Source: Stegostoma tigrinum
Taxonomy: Eukaryota
Assembly: GCF_030684315.1 (NCBI RefSeq)
Contig: NC_081384.1
Coordinates: forward strand, 31,458,935 to 31,522,934
Direction of reading: 5' to 3'
Length of the DNA: 64,000 nt
The notes below the pieces were generated by a model, which made no database searches, was not told the DNA's origin, and was given only the letters and a program-made list of their open reading frames with translations. Every line of letters starts with the position of its first letter. The stretch's first letter is position 1. Shown one piece after another: positions 1-11,829 of this stretch. The translations under genes and the position numbers were made by a program.

Positions 1-94
1 CGTAGTCGCACTCCTCACTCTGATTATTGTTTTAAAAATTAAAGGTATCATTCTTCAACCAGTTTCTGCTTTTCCTATTTGTACACGGTGGCTG

Positions 95-428
95 GTATTC
101 TTACAACCATTATTCAAAATTCACATCAACTCTCCCATTCCATTTATCTCTCCGTGCAAACGGCTTTCCCCTTCACTGCTCGGCAACCAGTCTCATCTGG
201 ACATCGCGCAGTTTTTCCGCCGTCTCCGCTTCCCCACCGATAACTCTCCTCTCCACCTATCTTCTCCTCTTTCCATCTTCTCTCCGCCTCCCCTCTCTCC
301 CTATTAACTTCAGATTCCTCTCCCATCCCCCTTTTCTGATGAAGGGTCTAGGCCCGAAACGTCAGCTTTTGTGCTCCTAAGATGCTGCTTGTCCTACTGT
401 GTTCATCCAGCTCCACACTTTGTTATCA
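95..428 (+). mobile_element. Penelope-like element 3' fragment with hammerhead core (duplicate at about 8470-8800)
   Basis: C/T-rich tract similar to 46700-46980; CTGATGA-AGGG-TCTAGG-CCC-GAAA-CGTC at 336-363 (duplicate at 8707-8734). Confidence 0.7.
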
Positions 429-697
429 CAAACTTTGTCCATTTTTGCTGCTGAACCGGAATACAAAATTCAAAGAAACAATCGTATCACAGAAAAAATC
501 AGAGCAGTGGAATTGAAAAAGGGTTGATACGTCTCAGGTGTAAGTGCAAATCTTGAACGAACATTGGAGATGACGAGCACGAAGAGTAACAGACTGAAGA
601 CAGAAATATCAGTAGCAATTATACTCAGTGTCAAAAGGTTAAATGAGAGAAGTCAAAAATGGACATCAAACTAGTAAATGTGTAATGTTAAACCGAA

Positions 698-870
698 TTT
701 ATTTATATCAATGAGTTCGTTTTCAGTATAAAAATTTCCAGCTTAAAAAAAATTTACTTCCCAACGTACAAATAAATAACAATAAATTAGCATCTTTAAG
801 TTAATTGACATATTACATAAATTTCAATAAATTAAGACGTCTCGTCAATAAATATGAATAAATTAGAGTA
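698..870 (-). promoter_or_regulatory. Gene 1 3'UTR AU-rich elements and poly(A) signal
   Basis: Several ATTTA/TTATTTATT on the minus strand; AATAAA at 703-698. The equivalent block occurs at about 9070-9240 (gene 2) and 17770-17938 (gene 3). Confidence 0.6.
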
Positions 871-1182
871 ACTGAGATGGGTTTCAAGATTGGCAAGTCG
901 GAGTTCACAAGTGACAAGGTCAATGTGGTTCAGAAATCACTGAACTGGAAGTCTGATGTTCCAAAACAGACTTCACACTCAGTGAAACTTCAACATTGCA
1001 TCGGGAGAAAACATCGCAACAATACATGTCAGTGAATCAAAATAAATAGTTCTGGCAACACTCCCGTTGTTGCTCTTGATGCAAGTGAGAAAAAAAATTC
1101 TTACAAACATATATAAACAGTTTCAATGGAAAGTCTTTGAAATAAATATTCATTGTTCTGGTCTGCAGTGAGAATGTTTTTT

Positions 1183-3479
1183 TCAGTTTCTTCTGTTGAC
1201 TTGTGCCATTATGAAATGCAACTGTTGTAAACGGGCTCTGGTCTCAGCACGGATTATTTCCCAGGAACATTCACTGAATTTCTGAAAAGTAAGATATTCA
1301 AGTAAGTGCATTTGAAAATGAAAAAATTAAATGTTGCCATGATTTACACAGTTAGTTATCAATTCTCATACCTTGTGTTTGAGAAACTTTTCCAGGTTCC
1401 TGAAGTAATGCTGAATGGCAGCATTTCTCTTCAGTTTGTGGTCAGATCCTGATTTCCTCAGGCAGTCTTGCAACTCTCTGAGCTGTTGATCGAGGAGAAG
1501 ACGAAAATGTTCAACCTTGTCCCAGGCCCAAGTGACTGAACCCAGGTTCATGCTGTAGATCTTGTTGATGTGGTGCAGGGTTTGATGGATAATCGCAGTC
1601 CTTTCCTGAGTCTGAACAAAACACACAAGGTTAGAAGAGACGACATTATTTCCGTTCGTGGTAATAAAACGTGCGGCTGGATGAACACAGCAGGCCGAGC
1701 AGCATCTCAGGAGCACAAAAGCCGACGTTTCGGGCCTAGACCCTTCATCAGAGAGGGGTTGGGGTGTGGGTTCTGGAATAAATTTGAGATGCAGCAGGGC
1801 CTGCTGTGTTCATCCAGCCTCACATTTTATTATCTTGGATTCTGCAGCATCCGCAGTTCCCATTATCACTAATACAATTATTTCCGTTCGTTTTGGGTTA
1901 ATATTCAATTCAATAAACAAACAGCAAATAACAGTTAATTGTTCAAATCCAATATTATCACATCAATGGAAAATGAGCAATGCGAGTCTTTAAATCAATG
2001 ATTAAGATGCAGGTATAAAGGGTTTATTCAGCAGAGGAAAAGGGCATGACAAGTTAGAGTTTTCAGCAGCCTCGAATTGTGCTGATAAAAGTGGAATGGA
2101 AAAGGTTCCAAACGATGAATATCCAGTTCCTCAGACAACAAGAAACAGGCTCAATCAAGTCGGAGAACTAACAAGCTAAATAGGGGTAATTGGAATGTGT
2201 GCCGATTAATTAGTGTGTAACACAAGAAGGAAGCTAAACATGTTTTTGAGAAGTGTTAATAAAAGAAAAGCTGGCTGGTAAGGGAGCAAAATATATGATC
2301 CCTCCTCTGTTAGCAAGGGTATCACTGAAGACTGAAACATTAATTTGAATTTACTTGCTTTAGAGAACAACAGTGTGAAACGTGAGTAAAGTGGCAAGTT
2401 GATGATAAACTCAGCAGGAAGTAACTCGACAAGGAGAAAGTCATCAAGAGTTAACAGCGAATAGAATGTGAATGCTACTTGCCCTTTTTTGAATATATTC
2501 TGAGTTTGCTTTTGCAAAGTAGAAATTCGTGTAAAATCATGCTCAAAGGAGCGAGAAAATAATAAACATATCCTGTGTGGTGAAGAATGTTGATGGTTCG
2601 GAACTTGGATGTAACGTGGAAAGTGCAGCGATAGCGAGAAAGATCCTGTGAAGCCTGAGAACAGGGGCCCTTTCGCTTTCAGCCCGAACTTTCGAGAGCA
2701 GGATGGGGATTTGTTCAGTGAGAGGGTTGAGTTTTAAGCAGGCAAAGTGATTCTCAGTGACAGCCCTGTTCAACGTCAGTTGCGGCAGCCGAATGGTAAA
2801 CGACGAATTCACAAAACAGTGGAGAGTGCTGCAGTGATTTTTGTCAATTCACTTCAGCTGAAATGGGACTAAAATGGACAGATGTTGACAACTCAAATAC
2901 CAAACGAAGGTACCTTGAGAGCAGTACTGACAAAGCATGAACTTGTTCACAGTGTGCCAGTCTCATGCTTTTACTGAGACGGGTTGCGGCGATTTACACA
3001 ACGGATGGAAATCATTGCGGTTCAACCTCCAACGATCTGATCGTGTCGCTAATCTCACACATACATTCTCTAAAGTCTCAGTCTGAATAAAATGACTCAC
3101 CTCAAATCCGTCGGAAAGTTTCACCAGATCCAAGGGCTTAGTTTTCAGTGACAGCCTCTGCCTTATGCAATGTCGGGGGAAATGACCTCCCTGAGAAGAG
3201 GAAACAGTCCCGGTTACATTCAGTCCCACAAACTGAAATGCTGGAGAAACACCGAACGGTAATTGCACAAAATGAATATCTATTTCTCCCTCAACCGACA
3301 TTCAACAGCGAACAGACCAACTGGGACTCCGATCAGTTGACACTCACCATTTCGTACAGTTTGCTCAAGGTCTCTGTGTTGAGAACTTGCTGTAACTGCA
3401 GCCTCTCACAGCCCAGGCTCAGGCTCCCTGACCCCAAGAGCAGCACCACCCAGAGTCTCCAAATTCTCGCCAGAGCCAT
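1183..3479 (-). CDS. IFN1: Type I interferon, gene 1 (4 exons, 186 aa)
   Basis: Exons 3479-3348, 3190-3101, 1611-1372, 1281-1183 (132/90/240/99 nt), all GT-AG and phase 0. Signal peptide MALARIWRLWVVLLLGSGSLSLG, then CERLQLQQ; one Cys per exon; C-terminal KFSECSWEIIRAE matches the type I IFN CAWE motif. Confidence 0.93.
1660..1876 (-). mobile_element. Penelope-derived fold-back insertion in intron 2 of IFN gene 1
   Basis: 15-bp TSD ATTATTTCCGTTCGT (1645-1659, 1877-1891); empty site in copy B at about 10016-10030; internal inverted repeat; hammerhead core at 1751-1724. Confidence 0.85.
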
Positions 3480-3576
3480 GCTGCACCGAGATAGCGGCGA
3501 AACTCTGACCAGAAGAATCCGATCACGACTGGATCTGCTTCCAACTCCCAAAACAGTCCCTTTTTCACTGATAATG

Positions 3577-3697
3577 GGAACTGCAGATGCTGGAGAATCC
3601 AAGACATTAAAATGTGAGGCTGGATGAACACAGCAGGCCCAGCAGCATCTCAGGAGCACAAAAGCTGACGTTTCGGACCTAGACCCTTCATCAGAGC
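3577..3697 (-). mobile_element. Penelope-derived 121-bp element between the TATA box and ATG of IFN gene 1
   Basis: Absent from copy B (GATAATG/AGAAGCGG joined at about 11717); same family as 8014-8150 and 46889-46979. Confidence 0.85.
3664..3697 (-). ncRNA. Minimal hammerhead ribozyme motif (Penelope type)
   Basis: Minus strand GCU-CUGAUGA-AGGG-UCUAGG-UCC-GAAA-CGUC-AGC: conserved core boxes, stem II GGG/UCC, 3-bp stem I GCU/AGC, palindromic ACGU in place of stem III. Activity untested. Confidence 0.6.
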
Positions 3698-3809
3698 AGA
3701 AGCGGTTTCCTTCAGTGTCGAGTCCTGTGCGACTGTCTGAGTATATCTGCATGTCTGACAGAGCGAAGTCGGCCTGAGCTGGGTGCTGTGACCGCCTGAG
3801 CGGCCGGTG

Positions 3810-3968
3810 TATATAGGAGGCACTGGCGAGGTGTGGCCATGACATTCGAAAAGTGAAACCAGCTTCCGGGAGTTTTCAATGATCAGAGGAGAGCAAGTGT
3901 GTGTGCTCCCTGTCTGACGGAAGGAATCTGAAAGCTGAAGATTCCTGAAGGAGCGAGTGGAAGATCCC
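3810..3968 (-). promoter_or_regulatory. IFN gene 1 promoter: TATA, IRF/ISRE and NF-kB-like sites
   Basis: TATATA 3810-3815; GAAAAGTGAAACC 3848-3860; GGGAGTTTTC 3868-3877; GGGATCTTCC (minus) 3959-3968. The IRF and distal kB-like motifs recur in genes 2 and 3. Confidence 0.7.
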
Positions 3969-5478
3969 TGACAGAAAATAACAACGAGTGTTCGAGACAA
4001 GCTCAAAGATCCGACAATTCCTTCCAAAATCATTTAAAGCATTATTGGAAAACCGAATACTTTCTCTCAATTAAAACGGATATACGGGCATTATTGGAGC
4101 AATGGGTTAGATTGCTGAATTATATTTCTTCAATCAACACGACAAACAACATTCAGACGATGCGTAAATTTGAAAAAAGAACTCATCTCTCGCCTCCTCT
4201 GCAACCTTTCAAAGACTGAACCACAGCTTCGTCGTTCAAGGTCTCTCTGCTCGACGGACCGATCTGGCTGGGACTGCATTCCGTTGCTCCCATTCTGATC
4301 AAACTCATTGTAGCCTGAGAATGATCACATCTCTTCACACTCCAAACTGCTCACACACTCTCACTGTCAGCTGACTCCAACGGAAGCTGCCCTTAGTCCC
4401 TGATAACAAAGTGTGGAGCTGGATGAACTCAGCAGGCCAATACAGAAGGTTCATCCAGCTCTACACTGTTCAATCTCGGATTCTCAAGCATCTGCAGTTT
4501 CTTTTGTCTCTGCCCCAAGTCCCCCTGTACTAATCTCCGTGCTCATCCCTACTGGACAAAATACAAATTGTAGCCTTAGATTCCAAGCGTTGCGAGGACC
4601 GAAAGCTCTGTCCCTCGGGACATCTCCCTGAAGACTCCAATTGTACTGCATTTTCACTCGGTATATTCATCAGCCACAATCATTTCCGTTAACTGCGCAT
4701 CGAGAGACTGGAGTAAATGTTTTTGTTTTACGAAGCAAAAACTGTCTTCCTTGTCACTCACTCCAGCCAAACCAAATTTCACCCCTCTCAATGACAAACT
4801 TCTGAACCTGACCCAGGCAATGCGCCCCGTGTTTTATATTTGACCCCGAGGTGAACTTATGATGCTTACCTGAATCATCATCGTCCTCCTGTTTGGAGTA
4901 AGCTATATCTCAGACTTAAGCATTGCCCCCTGTTTCAGATTCCGCGAAAACATGCAACTCTACCTTCCCTTCTGCCCTGTATAGGCCAAGGTCACGGCTC
5001 TGTGGCTGCGACGCCATTCGGCCATACTCCCAAACACCTTTGCCCTGCCCTGACATGGACTAGAACACAGCTACCTCCACACCTCATTCCCGTTTTGAAT
5101 GTACACCTCTGTCCCCAGACATAGTGGAACACCTCACTCGTTTCCGTCAAGTTCCCTTCCTCCTCTGTTCAACTCCCGCTGATATGTGCCGAGCCGGGAC
5201 CAACAATTCCACGTCAATCAATTTCAGGCATTATTCTGGTGACACCTCCTGGCCATGCTCCCAATGCAGCACACGGGAAATGCACTGCGCCTCTCCTTCA
5301 ACAAGATGACCAGCTGTACACACCACACGAGATGTGCTCTGATCGATTCCAGTACAATCGAAAAAACCGCACAACTTCAGTATTGTTATATGTTTTGTCT
5401 TTGCGTGTCAACAGTTTCCGACTCTCGTACTCTAACATACAAACGTTCGGATCTGTATTTGGGGCAGCTGACACTCAC

Positions 5479-5610
5479 CATTTCGTGCAGTTTGCTCAGA
5501 GTCTCTGTGTTGAGAACTTGCTGTAACTGCAGCCTCTCACAGCCCAGACTCAGGCTCCCGGACACCAAACCCAGCACCATCCAAAATCTCCAAACCGTCG
5601 CCAGACACAT
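5479..5610 (-). other. Orphan but intact IFN exon 1 (possible alternative first exon for gene 1)
   Basis: 132 nt, MCLATVWRFWMVLGLVSGSLSLGCERLQLQQVLNTETLSKLHEM, donor GTGAGT; no exon 2 seen before gene 1. Confidence 0.85.
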
Positions 5611-5774
5611 GTTGTACCGAGACAGAAGGTAGCACCGAGGTGGAAGATGAGAAAGCGGTCAGTGTGCAGTCGGAGCGGATTGTGACCCGGGAGCGGCCGC
5701 CTGTGCTGCCGAGTGCTGTGAGTGTGAGCCTGGGCTCTGCTGGTTGCTCTCACCGGCACTGCCATGCTGGCGGC

Positions 5775-6460
5775 TTTAAAGGGGCACATTACATTCCAAA
5801 AGTGAAAACTGCTCCCAGGATTTTTGGAGGACCTGGAGCAGGAGCGTGTGCTCTTTCTATCTGAGGTAAGGAATCGAAAAACTGGAGATTCCCGAAGCTG
5901 CGGCTGGAAAATCCCGGGTCGAAAATCGCAACCAGCGCTCGATTTGCAGCTAAATGTTGAGTGTGTTCAGATGATCGGGCACTGAGCTGGTGCAGGAGGA
6001 GGATCTGTACTTGGCTGGTGGGATTGGGGACTGGGTCGGGATATGTACTTGGGGCTGGATGTCCTAATCCGGATTACAGAGACCCCGTACGCGGAAATCC
6101 CCGGTGTCACGGCGCTAGTCGCGTTCCCATTTTCCAGGTTGGAGATGACAGGGAGCCCGGGTCACAGGCCTGGCTCACCGGCTGCTGGCGACTGTCTCCG
6201 CTCACATTCACCTGGCCCAGAATCCGCTCCCTCACTGGAGCAAGGTTCCCACTTCCAGCTCGGATTCCGGAAATATTTTCAGGATCTCTATCGAATCACC
6301 AGGATCTGATCCGACTCTGAAAGTGATCCCTCTCCCTTTCCTTTCATCGCTTCTTTCTGCTCTCTCTCTTCCGGGAAAGTGTCCGTGTCGGTTTCTCTCT
6401 GCAAATGTACCTCGTGTCTGTTTTCTCAAAAGCGAAAGTGCCGCAGGGAAAGTGACGCGT
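5775..6460 (-). promoter_or_regulatory. CpG-rich promoter/enhancer of the orphan exon 1, with multiple NF-kB and IRF motifs
   Basis: TTTAAA 5775-5780; AAAAGTGAAAAC 5798-5809; minus-strand GGGAATCTCC 5884-5893, GGGATTTTCC 5906-5915, GGGGATTTCC 6093-6102; AAAAGCGAAAGT 6428-6439. Confidence 0.65.
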
Positions 6461-8013
6461 TTTGTCATTTCCGAAAGGGAGTGGAGTTTGTCAACACAGC
6501 GGGTCAGACTGAGAGGGGGCAGGACAAGGAACATGTGGGAAAGTATTTGTGATATTCCGGAACATGTTGGTTCAGGGGCAAATGTCTCCAAATCACTTTT
6601 ACTTGGAACTACCACCCACTCTGACAGAGCAGGTGAACTATTTAAATGCTTGAAATGTTCACTTTTATAATTAAGTCTTGCTGTTTGTAGCTGGAACAGA
6701 AACTGTTTTTACCCGAAATAGAATTTGGCCGTTGATTTTAAACTGTTGCCAACGAGAATTCGCACAAGATTGGTCCTCTTTAAATTACAATGATACTTAG
6801 CGCTCAACATTTGCCAATCACAAAATTTCTTTGCAACCGCGTTCCTACACGCATGGAACTGTCCTCATAGCCAAACACTCCAGGGTCGTCGTTGGCACAT
6901 TCGCCAAGTCCTGCAAGCTTCAACAAAGCGAATGTCTGCATCCTGAGCAGGACCAGTGTGACATGCGAGACAAAGTCTGCTTCAAAAGGCTACATTTATA
7001 TAACGCCGTTCATGACCAAAACACTCATCAAATCACCCTGCAAAAATAGACTCTTTTTAAAATGTATTCACTTTAAATGCAACAAATATGTTCTGCGTAT
7101 TGTGTTGCACAACCTCAGAGCATGTGGAATACAGTAAAACGCAGATTACCTGGTTTTGTGATATTGATTGTGGTTCAGTTAGAGGAATGCCAGACGGATC
7201 ATTGGTGGGGCATAAAGTACTCAGTATTTCTGTTAGTAACTTGTTTGAAGGGGCGCACGACAAGCAAGAAATGCTAGCGCAGTCAGCGACAACGCCTTCC
7301 CAGGACTGAATGACAAAAATCAGAAAACCATCCAGAATGTGGAACGTCAATGGAAAGAGGAAGCTGATGAAAGGTGGGGATGTTTTGTTGTCAATACGCA
7401 GGATATTCGTGCAAACAAATTCCGTGTACTAGTTATATAATGTTTGGGCTCACTACTTAAACAAGATACACAATTATCAGACAAACTTCAGAGTAAATCC
7501 ACTCGGTTAATTCTTGGAATATTAATGTTGGCTAATAAGAACAGATTTCGCGTCTGGGCCCACGTAAATTGCAGTTGTGCAGAATGAAATGGTGAAGTTA
7601 TTGAAACAACTAAGGATCTGGGGAGACTTAAGTGAATAAATGTTATGTAGGTATTTCGGCCTTTGTGAATGCGACTAAATGCTCATTGGTTGAATATGAG
7701 CAAACTCCACTTCAGATAGAGGTAAGGACAATTTCCTGGTCGAGGAGTCGATTGTCACTCCGTACGTCCACCCCTGACACCCACCGTGATATTCTTTAAA
7801 ATATTCAGGTCTATAGTGAGATTTTTGATCGACAATCAAACCATAACTTTTTGTAGGGACTACAAACCTGAAAAGAACAGGAGGTGCTGATAATCTGAAA
7901 CATAAAACAGGAATTGTTGCAGAAAATCAGTCGTCTGACAGCAACTGTAGCAAGAAAGGAGAACTAACGTTATTATTCCAGTGACCTTCAGGAGCGAACG
8001 GGAAAAGAAATCA

Positions 8014-8150
8014 GAGATAATGGGAACTGCAGATGCTGGAGATTCCAAGATAATAAGATAATAAAATGTGAGGCTGGATGAACACAGCAGGCCAAGCAGC
8101 ATCTCAGGAGCACAAAAGCTGACGTTTCGGGCCTAGACCCTTCATCAGAG
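8014..8150 (-). mobile_element. Penelope-derived short element with hammerhead core
   Basis: Core at 8148-8121; flanking AGAAATCA direct repeat (8006-8013, 8151-8158). Confidence 0.8.
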
Positions 8151-9553
8151 AGAAATCACTCTGCTTTCTCTCTATAGGGTTTCTGCAGAAATGTTTGCTT
8201 CTGTCAAAGGTCTTTAGGGTATGAGCTGAAAATATGAGCGAAGGCCACAATCTGATCAGCTGCAACACAACATTCGAAACACTTGACGTGTTAAGTGTTC
8301 ACCCTTTTACATGGTTATGCGATCAAATATTTCTTTAAAAAATGTATTTTTCGCAGCTGGAAGCTGTTATGATTCGTAGTCGCACTCCTCACTCTGATTA
8401 TTGTTTTAAAAATTAAAGGTATCATTCTTCAACCAGTTTCTGCTTTTCCTATTTGTACACGGTGGCTGGTATTCTTACAACCATTATTCAAAATTCACAT
8501 CAACTCTCCCATTCCATTTATCTCTCCGTGCAAACGGCTTTCCCCTTCACTGCTCGGCAACCAGTCTCATCTGGACATCGCGCAGTTTTTCCGCCGTCTC
8601 CGCTTCCCCACCGATAACTCTCCTCTCCACATATCTTCTCTTTCCATCTTCTCTCCTCCTCCCCTCTCTCCCTATTAACTTCAGATTCCTCTCCCATCCC
8701 CCTTTTCTGATGAAGGGTCTAGGCCCGAAACGTCAGCTTTTGTGCTCCTAAGATGCTGCTTGTCCTACTGTGTTCATCCAGCTCCACACTTTGTTATCAC
8801 AAACTTTGTCCATTTTTGCTGCTGAACCGGAATACAAAATTCAAAGAAACAATCGTATCACAGAAAAAATCAGAGCAGTGGAATTGAAAAAGGGTTGATA
8901 CGTCTCAGGTGTAAGTGCAAATCTTGAACAAACATTGGAGATGACGAGCACGAAGAGTAACAGACTGAAGACAGAAATATCAGTAGCATTTATACTCAGT
9001 GTCAAAAGGTTAAATGAGAGAAGTCAAAAATGGACATCAAACTAGTAAATGTGTAATGTTAAACCGAATTTATTTATATCAATGAGTTCGTTTTCAGTAT
9101 AAAAATTTCCAGCTTAAAAAAAATTTACTTCCCAACGTACAAATAAATAACAATAAATTAGCATCTTTAAGTTAATTGACATATTACATAAATTTCAATA
9201 AATTAAGACGTCTCGTCAATAAATATGAATAAATTAGAGTAACTGAGATGGGTTTCAAGATTGGCAAGTCGGAGTTCACAAGTGACAAGGTCAATGTGGT
9301 TCAGAAATCACTGAACTGGAAGTCTGATGTTCCAAAACAGACTTCACACTCAGTGAAACTTCAACATTGCATCGGGAGAAAACATCGCAACAATACATGT
9401 CAGTGAATCAAAATAAATAGTTCTGGCAACACTCCCGTTGTTGCTCTTGATGCAAGTGAGAAAAAAAATTCTAACAAACATATATAAACAGTTTCAATGG
9501 AAAGTCTTTGAAATAAGTATTCATTGTTCTGGTCTGCAGTGAGTATGTTTTTT

Positions 9554-11620
9554 TCAGTTTCTTCTGTTGACTTGTGCCATTATGAAATGCAACTGTTGTA
9601 AACGGGCTCTGGTCTCAGCACGGATTATTTCCCAGGAACATTCACTGAATTTCTGAAAAGTAAGATATTCAAGTAAGTGCATTTGAAAATGAAAAAATTA
9701 AATGTTGCCATGATTTACACAGTTAGTTATCAATTCTCATACTTTGTGTTTGAGAAACTTTTCCAGGTTCCTGAAGTAATGCTGAATGGCAGCATTTCTC
9801 TTCAGTTTGTGGTCAGATCCTGATTTCCTCAGGCAGTCTTGCAACTCTCTGAGCTGTTGATCGAGGAGAAGACGAAAATGTTCAACCTTGTCCCAGGCCC
9901 AAGTGACTGAACCCAGGTTCATGCTGTAGATCTTGTTGATGTGGTGCAGGGTTTGATGGATAATCGCAGTCCTTTCCTGAGTCTGAACAAAACACACAAG
10001 GTTAGAAGAGACGACATTATTTCCGTTCGTTTTGGGTTTATATTCAATTCAATAAACAAACAGCAAATAACAGTTAATTGTTCAAATCAAATATTATCAC
10101 ATCAATGGAAAATGAGCAATGCGAGTCTTTAAATCAATGATTAAGATGCAGGTATAAAGGATTTATTCAGCAGAGGAAAAGGACATGACAAGTTAGAGTT
10201 TTCAGCAGCCTCGAATTGTGCTGATAAAAGTGGAATGGAAAAGGTTCCAAACGATGAACATCCAGTTCCTCAGACAACAAGAAACAGGCTCAATCAAGTC
10301 GGAGAACTAACAAGCTAAATAGGGGTAATCGGAATGTGTGCCGATTAATTAGTGTGTAACACAAGAAGGAAGCTAAACATGTTTTTGAGAAGTATTAATA
10401 AAAGAAAAGCTGGCTGGTAAGGGAGCAAAATATATGATCCCTTCTCTGTTAGCAAGGGTATCACTGAAGACTGAAACATTAATTTGAATTTACTTGATTT
10501 AAAGAACAAAAGTGTGAAACGTGAGAGTGAAGTGGCAAGTTGATGATAAACTCAGCAGGAAGTAACTCGACAAGGAGAAAGTCATCAAGAGTTAACAGCG
10601 AATAGAATGTGAATGCTACTTGCCCTTTTTTGAATATATTCTGAGTTTGCTTTTGCAAAGTAGAAATTCGTGTAAAATCATGCTCAAAGGAGCGAGAAAA
10701 TAATAAACATATCCTGTGTGGTGAAGAATGTTGATGGTTCGGAACTTGGATATAACGTGGAAAGTTCAGCGATAGCGAGAAAGATCCTGTGAAGCCTGAG
10801 AACAGGGGCCCTTTCGCTTTCAGCCCGAACTTTAGAGAGCAGGATGGGGATTTGTTCAGTGAGAGGGTTGAGTTTTAAGCAGGCAAAGTGATTCTCAGTG
10901 ACAGCCCTGTTCATCGTCAGTTGCGGCAGCCGAATGGTAAACGACGAATTCACAAAACAGTGGAGAGTGCTGCAGTGATTTTTGTCAATTCACTTCAGCT
11001 GAAATGGGACTAAAATGGACAGATGTTGACAACGCTAAAACCAAACGAAGGTACCTTGAGAGCAGTACTGACAAAGCATGAACTTGTTCACAGTGTGCCA
11101 GTCTCATGCTTTTACTGAGACGGGTTGCGGCGATTTACACAATGGATGAAAATCATGGCGGTTCAACCTCTAACGATCTGATCGTGTCGCTAATCTCACA
11201 CATACATTCTCTAAAGTCTCAGTCTGAATAAAATGACTCACCTCAAATCCGTCGGAAAGTTTCACCAGATCCAAGGGCTTAGTTTTCAGTGACAACCTCT
11301 GCCTTATGCAATGTCGGGGGAAATGACCTCCCTGAGAGGAGAAAACAGTCCCGGTTACATTCAGTCCCACAAACTGAGATGCTGGAGAAACACCGAACGG
11401 TAGTTGCACAAAATTAATATCTATTTCTCCCTCAACCGACATTGAACAGCGAACAGACCCACTGGGACCCCGATCAGTTGACACTCACCATTTCATACAG
11501 TTTGCTCAAGGTCTCTGTGTTGAGAACTTGCTGTAACTGCAGCCTCTCACAGCCCAGGCTCAGGCTCCCTGACCCCAAGAGCAGCACCACCCAGAGTCTC
11601 CAAATTCTCGCCAGAGCCAT
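9554..11620 (-). CDS. IFN1: Type I interferon, gene 2 (4 exons, 186 aa; protein identical to gene 1 by my reading)
   Basis: Exons 11620-11489, 11331-11242, 9982-9743, 9652-9554; GT-AG, phase 0, open frame, CSWEIIRAE motif. Confidence 0.92.
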
Positions 11621-11829
11621 GCTGCACCGAGATAGCGGCGAAACTCTGACCAGAAGAATCCGATCACGACTGGATCTGCTTCCAACTCCCAAAACAGTCC
11701 CTTTTTCACTGATAATGAGAAGCGGTTTCCGTCAGTGTCGAGTCCTGTGCGACTGTCTGAGTATATCTGCATGTGTGACAGAGCGAGGTCGGCCTGAGCT
11801 GGGTGCTGTGACTGCCTGAGTGGCCGGTG

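Larger units (their letters stand above)
1..4375. repeat. Tandem segmental duplication, copy A (runs off the left edge)
   Basis: Near-identical to 8375-12396 except for two element insertions (1660-1876, 3577-3697) and scattered substitutions. Confidence 0.95.

Noticed and set aside
1366-1716. 116-aa ORF as a stand-alone intronless IFN (similarly 9737-9997, 16949-17242, 26282-26677, 44364-44630, 52751-53050)
   Set aside because: These are exon 3 read through into intron or repeat sequence; they lack the signal peptide and the CSWE exon.
3148-3627. Plus-strand ORFs with ...LRTCCNCSLSQPRLRLPD... repeated at several loci
   Set aside because: Antisense shadows of IFN exon 1; they recur only because the exon is duplicated.
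5961-6670. Overlapping 88-127 aa ORFs here and at 20633-21481
   Set aside because: GC-rich promoter DNA with few stops; indels between the two copies break the frames.
7860-8102. Recurring small ORFs such as MLLGLLCSSSLTFYY and MGTADAGESK
   Set aside because: Translations of the Penelope-derived short repeat, not a protein family.
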